From Paraspadella gotoi (Eukaryota > Animalia > Chaetognatha), in NCBI GenBank assembly GCA_051294375.1, contig CM119266.1, forward strand, positions 20,500,990 to 20,564,779: 63,790 nucleotides of DNA, read 5' to 3'. The translations under genes and the position numbers were made by a program. Under the pieces are notes generated by a model that saw only the letters and a list, made by a program, of their open reading frames with translations, made no database searches and had not been told where the DNA came from. Of this stretch, positions 53,101 through 63,790 are shown piece by piece (position 1 is the first letter of the stretch; the number at the start of each line of letters is the position of its first letter).

Positions 53101-54827
53101 CGCTGCTCCGCCGCGTCCTGGCGGCGCCGTTGAGGTTTTTTTCCTCGACGCCCGTCGGCCGCATCCTCAACCGGTTTTCGACCGACTTGGCAGATGTGGA
53201 CGATCACTTGTCGACCAGCGTGAGCATCGCGATGCAGGAGACTGTACAGATGACCCTGGCGGTGTTGGTGACGGCCTACGCGTTTCCATGGGTGCTGCTC
53301 GTGCTTATTCCTAACACTTTTCTCTTATACAAGGTTTTTATTAATATTACGTTATTTAAAATTTACTGAAAAATGAAATTAAAATCTCCGTTTTCTAATG
53401 TTAGGTTCAAAAGTATTTTCGTCGTTCATCCCGCGAGGTCAAGCGCGTGGAGGCCATCTCGAGATCCCCCATCCTCTCCCATTTAACGGACTGCTTGAAG
53501 GGCGTGACCACCATCCAGGCGATGCGCGAAGAGCGCCGTTTCGTAACCTCCGGCGCTGAAAAGATCGCCGCATTGGCTCGCGCCGAGTTTAGCGGCGTCG
53601 CTTTGCAGGCGTGGATGTACACGTTCATAGGATCGGTGGGTTCTATATTGATGGGAGGCGTGGCCTTCACTGCGGTGATGCAGCGTCAGTTCGGCGACGG
53701 ATTCGACGAAGGACTCGCCGGCTTTTCTCTCACTTACGCCCTCGTCTTCGGCCTCTCGCTCAAGTACGTCATCATGGGAGTCTCCATCACGGAGAAGATG
53801 ATGGTGGGCGTGGAGCGAATCTTGCAATACACCGAAGAGACTCCGTTGGAGGAGGAAGAGGAGGACGTCGGCGCCGACTTGATTCCGGAGCGGTGGCCGG
53901 ATCGCGGCGTCGTCCGGTTCGAGGACGTGCGGATGCGATACCGGGCGGATCTGGCTCCGGCGCTGGATGGAATGACCTTCTCGACGGCGCCGGCTGAGAA
54001 GGTCGGAATCGTCGGCAGAACCGGGAGCGGGGAAAGAGCAGCATTTTCAACGTCCTCTTCCGCGTGGAGACGATCGAAGGAGGGAGAGTCTTGATCGAGA
54101 CGTCGACATCTCGATGATCAGTCGTCATCTGCTGAGATCGAGGCTCGCCATAATTCCGCAGGTTAATTTTTTTTTTTTTTTTTGAGAACAATGATAAGAT
54201 TTTCCCCTTTGATTCGTTTTCAGGATCCCTACGTCTTGCCAGCGGCACTGTGCGTCAAAACATTGACGTGGACGCAAGTCACGACGATGCCGCCATCTGG
54301 AGCGCGCTGGAAAAGTGCCACCTCAAGGAGGACGTGCGGGAAATGGGCGGACTTGACGCCGAGGTGCCCGAGAGCGGCGCCTGCTTCTCCGTCGGGCAAA
54401 AGCAGCTGCTCTGCCTCGCCCGCGCTCTTGTCAAACGGACCAAGATCCTCTGCATCGACGAGGCGACGGCAAACGTCGACTTCGACACCGACAAACGAAT
54501 CCAGGCGAGACTTTAAACTTGCTAACGCGCATGCGCAGATTGGTTGACCCAGAAAAAAATGAAGCTCGAGTGAGTAACACGCATCATCAGGTCACACTTG
54601 AGAAATGCGGAGTCAAAGCTTATTGCTCTACAACTTTTTAAAATAAAATTGATCTCCTTTAGGACACTCTCCGCAACGAGTTCGTCGACTGCACAGTCCT
54701 CACCATCGCCCATAGAACGGAGACTCTCGCCGAGGCGGACAGCATCTTGGAAATCTCCAGGGGACGGGTTATAAGCAAAGGTCCTCCGAGAGAAGTGGGG
54801 ACCTCGTCTAGAGAAGTTTTAGTTTAA
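48349..54827 (+). CDS. ABCC10: ABC transporter subfamily C, MRP7/ABCC10-like (TMD0-TMD1-NBD1-TMD2-NBD2), 9 exons, ~1580 aa
   Basis: Exons spliced by hand with consistent phases: 48349-49235, 49597-49981, 50586-50919, 51067-51211, 51293-51434, 51694-53333, 53405-54161, 54224-54504 and 54663-54827 (TAA). NBD1 has Walker [10 protein letters not shown], signature [16 protein letters not shown], degenerate Walker [12 protein letters not shown] and [11 protein letters not shown]2 has GRTGSG(KSS), [28 protein letters not shown] and TIAHR. TMD2 has [15 protein letters not shown]. The N-terminal 'W..(N)[13 protein letters not shown]' TMD0 start and the KILCIDEAT and LCTH motifs resemble ABCC10 as I recall it; no database search was run. 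Four 1-2 nt frameshifts are present (see findings). Confidence 0.9.
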
Positions 54828-55010
54828 ATTAAATTAAATTAAACTTTAATTTTTCATGTTCAACCTGTTTAAATTTCGTTTTGTTTTAAATAAATTTTTA
54901 ATAGGGGCATTAAAATCCTTACTATTTGTTGTTATTTAGGTAAATAATCGTATTTTTTACGAAGGAGAGTAAAAAATTCGAAATAAGCCTTTTGGCGTAA
55001 AATCGACTCT

Positions 55011-55104
<94 letters not shown>
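55011..55104 (+). repeat. Compound (GTC)n-(GCC)n microsatellite, representative of the many SSRs in the window
   Basis: Direct reading. Long (CT/GA)n tracts also occur at 7157-7248, 29726-29842, 39140-39246, 39544-39672, 42320-42433 and 55621-55689, and (GAAA)n at 19964-20080. Confidence 0.9.
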
Positions 55105-55105
<1 letters not shown>

Positions 55106-55615
55106 AATATTTCATTTGTTTCTCTCCGCAGCATTGTTTTTCGCTTCCAAGCAAAAGGCCGGACGGAAATCAATTCCCGATCGCATTTTTGAAAAATTAA
55201 AAAACTTAGAAACTGAGTTGTCGGTTCCAAAGAGAGAAATCAAATTACATTGCGCCAAACTCACGCCACGCTCGGTCACTCCGCGCCACTACTCAACTCA
55301 AAAGCACCGAACAAAAAATAAAAAGCCTTTCACACCTGCCACGAGGCAATCCTCGCTCAAATCCATGGTTTCGCTTTATGCGTTTTTGAAGGGAAGTCTT
55401 ATCAAATATTTATGCACAGCGCAAAAAAAAATAAAATATTTTTATGACCGTACTCAGAGGCCGTTTCGATCTTGCACGGTTTATTTACGCGACAAAAGGG
55501 AAAAAAAAACAGGCGTGCAAAAATGATTTGAATAGGATGGCATATAGGATAATGGTGTTTAGATATGCATTGTATGTATATACTATGGAGCCGTATATCC
55601 ATATTAAACAAGGAA

Positions 55616-55689
<74 letters not shown>

Positions 55690-55754
55690 CTATAGAACTG
55701 GAGGAGGCTTTTACGATTCTTATGACGCGCAAACTGATCGTTAAATCTACCATT

Positions 55755-55880
55755 CGTCGTCGTCATCGTCTTACTCTTCTTCGTCGTCGTCATCGTCATA
55801 CTCTTCTTCGTCGTCGTCATCGTCATACTCTTCTTCGTCGTCGTCATCGTCATACTCTTCTTCGTCGTCGTCATCGACGT
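55755..55880 (+). repeat. 27 bp minisatellite, ~4.5 copies
   Basis: Unit TCGTCGTCGTCATCGTCATACTCTTCT. Confidence 0.85.
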
Positions 55881-57277
55881 CGTCGTCAGCGGCAGTCTAC
55901 GTTATTCTTAGATCAACGACGTTGTTTAAGTTTTTCTACGGTTGCCACAAATAATATCGTTAATGTAAAGAGAAATTTCAAGTTTGACCAAAAATCCCGT
56001 TTCTAGAAAGTCCAGATTTTTCGTGATTCATGAGGCAGGTTTATGGACAGGGAATTACCGGAAAAAATCTTATTTTTCTCTTTCTGTTTGATTTACGATT
56101 AAGAAAACGCAGAGTTGCAGGATGGAGAATTCGTCTTTTTGGATCGGATATCAGTTCCCTTTCTTTTCACGTTATTTGCTCCCCGCGTTATCGACTTTCG
56201 ACGATGGTCAGGTGCCAACGCGAGAAGCGATGACCGTCGACCGCCAGCGCCTTCCGGAAAGCCTCGTTCGATTCGCCTAGCGCCGGAGGAGAGAATGGTG
56301 GCCACTCAGCCGGAAACCGCGGAGCCGCAGAGCAGCAGAGCCGGGAACCGCGGAGCAGCGGAGCCGCAGGACTGAGTATAACTGGAAAAGGGGGAAAGTA
56401 TGTACGTAGGATAGATAACCACACTCTAATGTTGTGGCCATAAGAGCAGCGTTGCCCGGGGAGAACCAAGGTTTCGAAAAACAAAATCTCTTTTCGGTGA
56501 ACGGAGGCGTTTGGAGAAAATTGCTTTGAGTGAGTCGTTTTCGTGAGATGGAATGGTGAATCACCATTGGTGATGCTCATGGAAAGAGTAAGATGTAACA
56601 GCGATAGAATGAGATTGAGTTAGAGTTATGAAGGATCAGTCTTAGGCTTAAACGACCTCACTTCGAGAAGGTGGGTTTCGAGTGGAAAGCCCCACGGATT
56701 TCTTTATCGTCTTTCGAAAGACGTGGGCGAGAAAAAAAATGGTGAAAGAGGAAGAGACTGATTATTCAATCTTCTTTCGGGCGAAAGTTTAATTGGGGTT
56801 TTTGAAAACAGTCGAGAAAAAGAGGGGGGAAAAGATGGAAGGTCTGCGATTCTCCATTCGCCATCTTGCGAGCCTTTGAGGAAGTGAATGAACTTTTTTA
56901 AACAAAAGGATAGCGTCGGCGATTTTGAAGCCCTCCTTTTCTATTTTTCAATCGACATTTAACATTAATTTTTAAAAACTCTCTCTCTCTCTTGGTTCCT
57001 CATCTCGCCGGCAGAAACGCACCGACGCGACGTCGTGACAAATATTATCAACATTTTTTTGTATTCATCAATTTTAAATCATTTTCTCTCTCTCTCTCGC
57101 GCGCGGGCGTTTAGTCTTGGAAATTCGCTGACAAGCGTCGATGCAAAAAAAGAGGGGGGAAAAAATGGGGACCGCTTCGTGGATGGACCGAAATCCTAAT
57201 CCGCCTTTTTCGCCGACTCGGTGACTCGGGGTTTGTTTATTTTCCCCCCGCGTCATATTCGGAAAATGAGTGTGGGG

Positions 57278-57309
<32 letters not shown>

Positions 57310-58804
57310 GAGTTTTATAGGAACGTCATAAAAATGTTACGTTATTTTAAAGTTTAAAAAATGTCGAAGGCTTTTTCTTCGTATATTCTTATATTCACAA
57401 ATAAAGTTATCTAGAAAAAAAAAATTATGAATAAAAAAAAGAAAAATCGGCGAATATAGAATAGAGATGTAAAATAAAAATCATCATTAAATCCGTAGGA
57501 ACGACGTAACCTAATATCACGGAGCCATTTTTATCGGCTTATCGGATTTTTTTTCTCTTTAGCTCTTTTCGTCCCTTATCTATTTACCATTGTCTCATTC
57601 TTCTCTTCATCCTCTATTTACCATTGTCTCTATTTTCTCATTCTCCTTTCTCCTTTTTTTCTTCTTCTCCTTTCTCCTTTTCTTCTCCGCTTTCTCTTTA
57701 TTTTTTTTTCTTTTAATTTCCTTAGTTTTACTTTTTTTTGTTTAAAAAAAAAAAGAGCTAGCTAAAGTGATTAAAATTAAATATTTCTTTTAACTTAAGA
57801 TTTATGCTCCTTCTACTCATTCATAGATTCCCCCCTCTTCTACTACCTCTCCTTGTTCCCCGCATTTCAACCCCCTTCCCGACCCCTTTTTCCCCCCTTC
57901 TTCCCCTTCCACACCCCCAATTTCCGTGCCTCGTCATGAAAGAGGTCGGCATCGGAGAGAAAACATCGGGGTCGCGACCGAGCGGACGCCCAGGGGTCAT
58001 CATTCCAACGTTTTAGCTCGAATGTTTTGGTCAAAGAAAGGAGCGAGAGCGAGAGCGAGAGGAAACCGCAACAAGTTGCCGTTGTGGGTGCATTACGCGG
58101 AATTCCGCTTCGTTTGACCAGCGCTCCTGTCGCGACGAGGGAACAAACAAAAGGCTATAGCCTTTCTGACCAAGTCGTGACCGCATTTCTGATTTTTTTC
58201 CCGTAGTTTTAGCATCGTTCTTTATCGATTAATTAATATTCTGGATCGCTTATTATTACTATTATTATTATTATTATTATTATTTACTTTACTATTTCTT
58301 ATAATTTTGGTATCGGGATTAAAACTCGCGAACTTTGGTGAAATGAGCTTCTGAGCAATAAAACAAAACACTACTGTCACTGACTACCGACAATCGGTAA
58401 GATCATACGGCTCTTCTACATTTTACCCTGAAAAGTCAAAAAAATGGACCGGAGTCCTCTAATGACCACATCAACCTCCAACCCGTACCCCAAATCCAGA
58501 GACACACCCACGTCTCAGCGTTAATGACGCAACTCGGGAATCGAAACGCAAACAAACTCTTTTCCGGCGAGGAAAGCGGATTGGAGAATGCGACCAGGGG
58601 GGTGCGGGGGACAACGAATTTAAATGCTCTAATCCTTATTTTTATAAATAATACCTTACTGCACGCGAGTTTAACTAGAAATATGAAATAATTAAAAAGA
58701 AACTGTTATTCCGGTTTGATTTTCTCTCCAGATTTTCTTTTACTGATATTTCCTTTAAGCTGAGTCGAATTGATGTCATGATGTCAATGAGGTGCCGTCA
58801 ATCT

Positions 58805-58897
<93 letters not shown>

Positions 58898-59509
58898 AAA
58901 CTGGAGGGCGTTGAACGTCAGGGGAAAAAGGAGGGAAGGAAAAAAAAAAGAGAAATGCCAGGAAGAGATGAGAATTTTGACAGATGCGTGGCGGACGACG
59001 CCGGCGACCGGGACGGTGACGGCGACGGGGACGGCGAGGGTGACGGGGAAGGATTACGGATCCTAGATCCTTTTGGGTTCGGAGGCGTGGATTCTCGCGA
59101 GGGGCGAGAGGGCGGAATGGATGAGGGATCTACGCTTGAATTCATCACAGGTGAATCGACCCAGATTAAGTTATCGCGATCACAAGATGGAGGTCGTCAG
59201 TGACACAAACTCGTTTGTCTGGGACAGAATTTAAAATCTTTCTTCATCAATTTGTGCGATATAAACTAATAAACTAATATTATAATAAACTATAAACATT
59301 TTGCTATTTTTTTGTTTCCAGACCAAATAAAACTGATCCGGTCGATCGTAAAGAAATCCAAAGTCTCGCCTCTCGGTTCGCCACGTGATTTGTAATGGCT
59401 TTGGCTGTCGCTGCTTGCGGAGAAAGAAAAAAAATGGTCGCCCGAGATTCGAACCCGCGATTTGGTGGTGATTGAAAGATTCGGGTTGACCACGACAGAC
59501 AGCGACAGG

Positions 59510-59596
59510 CGACGATAGTCAACGATAGTCAACGACAGTCAACGACAGTCAACGACAGGCGACGACAGTCAACGACAGTCAACGACACTCAACGAC
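59510..59596 (+). repeat. 10 bp minisatellite (GACAGTCAAC)n
   Basis: About 8 slightly variant tandem units. Confidence 0.8.
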
Positions 59597-62109
59597 GAAC
59601 GAACGCTGAACGAAAGTGCGAGAATTAGAGAACTTGCTCATTGTGAGAAATTAAGACAATTCATTGTTCGCTCTTTTATCTCTGATTGGGCCCATCGAGG
59701 AATAGAAAAGCCATGGCCTTTTGGGCATAGAACAGGTAGGCGTGGCCCTTTATCAGACAAGAAATCAGAACTCGGGGAGTTGCGTTGACTCTTTTTGCGT
59801 CTCTCGTCTCTCCGTGGAATGGGGGGGCGTAATATTGGTGCGAGTTCTAGCGCCGCTTTGACTGACACTTTCCTTCCACCTCCCCCCCCTGTTACCCTTC
59901 CCCCCCCCCCCAAGAAAGGCTTTGAACGCCATCAAGAGTCGAGATATAAAAAGATTTATTTGACGCGCGCGTGCTCAAGGTGATGAGGGCGAGGTGGGTG
60001 TGGTGGCAAGAGCGTGGCAGAGCGTGGCAGAGCGTGGCCCACACCAGGGTTTGCGCCAGAGTCGGACTGAGGTAAGTGGCTCGGATCAAAAGGATGAATC
60101 TCGCGGTCGTAAGGATCGTGAGAGGACGGTCGGGTGAGTTCCGAAGATTCAAGATTGAATTCGCTTCTTTGATTGAAAGACATTTTTGTGTTCTTTTGTT
60201 TTGATCACGTTCAGTCATAGTGAAGTAAGAATCAGAATCAACCGCTTTCCGAAATACGATACATTTTTAAAGAAGCCACGTCGCCACGTGGCCGCGTCTT
60301 CTGAGATTAACTATGCAGAAAATCGATTAATAGGTTTAAATTTTAGAAGGTTTAATTAATTTTCGAGAAACAACGTTAAAACGCGGACGATGCGGCTTCA
60401 TCAAGGCGGAGAGCAGTAGCGGCATCGCGCCGCTCAGCAGCCGCCGCGATCCAGCGTCGCCTTTCATCAAAACAGAAGGAGATGCTGACCCAAAAAAAAA
60501 AATACGTTAATCGCGTCGCTGATTCGCCAATCGACCGAAGGAAGTAATCAAAGTCGCGATCGATCCTCGATTGCTCAAAGATTGATTGGCAATCGATACT
60601 TGATTGCTCAAAGATTGATTGGCAATCGATCCCGAGACGAAAGTTTTATCGTCGGCATTCCTCGGAGAGTGAGAAAGTGGTTGAGTGGGAGAAGAGACAG
60701 TCGCGGTTGATTGCTACGGATTGCGAACGAGAGGCATTCCGAATTTTTTAGGATTGAATAATTGATTTTTAATTAATTTGTTGTCTGTACACAAAAGAAC
60801 AAATTGTCATTTTCAATTTTAGGATACCGTAATCATTTTCAATTTCAGATATATACGTTGATTAACGACCTGAATGAAAACTTCCCTTTCTCCCTTTTTC
60901 AAAATTGGGAAAAATTTTCGTCGCTTTCGATAATTTTGGTTTTGGTTTTTCCAAAAAAAAAATCGATCTGTTATTCTGTATATGAAAATAATAAAATAAT
61001 AAAATATTCAAGATAACGTGGCCCTGTACTCAAGAAGCTAAGCAAAAACCTCACCTCCGGCTCCGGGCCAGGTGAGACGCCGTGGATTTTTTCCGATGAG
61101 AGGCGGGACTCGCTCTCATTCGCCAGCGGGAAGTGAATCGGGGATCGGGGATCGGGGATCGGGGATCGGGAGAAGAGGAGTGTAAGAGGTGGAATTGAAA
61201 AAAGGGAGGATGGTATAAGGAAGGAACTTTTGATGCAACCGAGAATGAGATTGAGTTCATTTATCTCATTTGCATATTGTCGTATTGACATTGTCTGGTC
61301 ATAAATTCTGTTCCTGTGTCATTTCATGTTCTCATTTGACGAATTCACTTTTGTCATTAGTGTAGCAATTGGTAAAGAGATGTGGCTTTTTGGTTGGAAT
61401 AGATGGGAGATAGATGAGAATAGATGGGAATAGATGGGAAAAGATGGGAATAGATGGGAAAGTGTAAGATCGTCGAGTTCTTCATTTCGATATAATGATA
61501 TCTACAAAATTTTTGCTTGGTTATCTAAAATTTTAAAGATATGCGGCTTTCCTCGAGAAACAATATTCTAAAAATCCTGTTAATTTATTGTTAATTTCTT
61601 CTTTTTTTTCGTTCTGTTAATTTAAATACTTATATTTTGTTAAATTGTAAACAATACAATTTTTGCGTTTATCTGTAATGCTGTATTCCCTTTTGAATGA
61701 ATTGTTTCACATATATAAAGAAAGTGGAAAGGTGTGAGTGAGGAAGGAAAGAAGGAAGACTAAAGGGAAGGGGGGGTTGAAAAGTAGGCGTGGCATCAAT
61801 AGAATCAGAAAGGGAAGAGGAATTTCCCAGCGACGCGCCTTCCTCGCAGATTTATCGATGAAGATTTGCGGAGAGGAAAAATAAGGGATAGAGACTCTGA
61901 GAGTTAGAGAGTTAGAGAGTTTGAGGGTTTGAGAGTGGCGCGACGGGAAAGAGTGATAGACGGTTCGCGGTGTGACGAGAGACGCGGATTTATTCGTGTC
62001 TCTGTCTCAATCCTTTTTTTCCTTTTTTTTTTCTTCTTTGCCACCTTTCCTGCGTTTCCACCCCATAACTTAGGGCATAAGTATTTGTAGTATTTCCACT
62101 TTTTACTTT

Positions 62110-62184
<75 letters not shown>

Positions 62185-62546
62185 TTCTGTCTCCACTACC
62201 CCAATCCCCCGCATCCAATCCCCACCTTTCCCTCCCACTCCACCCCCACCTCCCTCTCCGGGCGTCGACACGAAAATTCTCGAGTAAAAAAGAAAGAAAA
62301 TAAAAATCGTCAAACGTCGCGAGAAAAAAGAAAAAAAGAAAAAAAGTTTTATTTACGCCTTTTCTAAAAAAAAAAATATTAAAAAGGGAAAAAAAACTGT
62401 TTTTTTTTTTTTTTTTATGCTTTTTTTTCGCTACTCGGGTCCTTTAATCTTCTCTCGGCGGATGGCGCGCGCGTCGCAACGAGAATTCGGGTTTCGCAAT
62501 TGCGAGAAGAAAGCGGGAGACAGAAATGTTGCGGTCGTTTGTTGTT

Positions 62547-62642
<96 letters not shown>

Positions 62643-63218
62643 GGTGGGTGAGCTGGTTCTTCTCTCTTTTCTCTCTACTTCGAGCCTTTCTCCTCGCCGT
62701 GCCAAGAAAAAAAAAGAAAACTATTTTCTAGAACTCTGTGTACAACATTTTTTAAAGGATTGCCAACGCAAGGGATCGGGGACCGGGGGAGGAAGAAGGA
62801 TAGAGGACGAACATTAAGAGGATAATATTTGTGGACTCAACTGACCCATTGCCGGTCTTGCAAATTTATTGACTCCAATCAAAGGAGAACAATGAACGCG
62901 ACAGTCACTAGAAATATTAAAAGTAACAAATTTAAGATAAATATGAGAATAGAATTTTAAAATTTCTGTTCATAAGACAGCGTCTTTCGTTTCTTCTTCT
63001 TTAACCTTTCAAGCAGTCAGGTAACCGACTGGACCTGCGCAATGCCTTTTACCCAAGTATTCTTGTTGTGTGTTGTTATGTTGTCGTTTTCGTCGTCGTT
63101 GTCGTCGTCGTCGTGATGGAAGGAAGGGCGAAGGAGCGACTCAACCCTTTCACTTCTCTGATTAGGCACGGCCCGGCGAAGAAGGAGCGACAAAACAACC
63201 GTTAGAAGAGAGAGAGAG

Positions 63219-63271
<53 letters not shown>

Positions 63272-63790
63272 GGAGAGAGAGGAGAAGAGAGAGATTCATT
63301 TCTTTAAGGGGACCAAGTGAACAGGGGGGGGTAAAAAGCTGAAACATAACGTTTGCCCCTTTAACTTAAGCTGGTTCTGATCATCATAATTTTTTCTTCT
63401 ATAATATTTGGAAAGTAGTTAAGAAATTCGAAAAACAGTGACTTAAATTTTCTTTAAAAAATCGGTAAGAAGAAAATTTTTTCAAGTTTCAATTTTTTTT
63501 TCAAAAAAAGAGTAAGATCTATTTTAAAGATTTCAGCTTTTATCACAAAAAATTTAATAAGAAAAAAACCTAGGACATGAATCAAAATTAAGGTATCGAC
63601 TTGATTTTATTTAAACTTTTTTTCAAATGATTCTGTTATTGGATAAAAATAAAAACTCTTTGAAGTAACATATAAATATAAAAAAAAAGAGAAAGATTCG
63701 TGTACTTTTTTGCTAAATTTTTAATTGTTATAATTAGGAATCAATATAGTTTATTATACATTAGGGATGAATATGAAATAAATAATAATT

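Noticed and set aside
56188-61140. Scattered GC-rich patches with short ORFs and isolated splice-like sites
   Set aside because: No coherent exon chain or recognisable protein.

Overview
Eukaryotic, probably invertebrate animal, genomic DNA. It has spliceosomal introns, an AT-rich background with CpG-rich islands, very dense microsatellites ((GA)n, (GTC)n, (GCC)n, (GAAA)n), many N gaps and several stretches that look like unpolished long-read gap fill. One gene is confidently identified: a 9-exon ABCC10/MRP7-like ABC transporter (+, 48349-54827) with four small frameshifts and a probable GC-AG last intron. Divergent from it is a two-exon orphan gene for a ~273 aa protein with three predicted TM segments (-, 44785-46598). 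Positions 31285-38790 and 38903-43800 are two copies of the same segment, and the first copy carries an extra 2.4 kb TIR element with a target-site duplication. At least four non-autonomous repeat families can be read from the sequence: Helentron-type HINEs, a TIR element filled with degenerate TTAGGG repeats, an AT-rich fold-back MITE and a ~230 bp dispersed repeat. There is also a ~100 bp higher-order minisatellite. No rRNA, intact tRNA, CRISPR array or transposase/RT ORF was found, and most ORFs in the supplied track come from microsatellites or gaps. I found no convincing novel multi-gene system. The best leads are the orphan membrane gene and the telomere-repeat-bearing element family.
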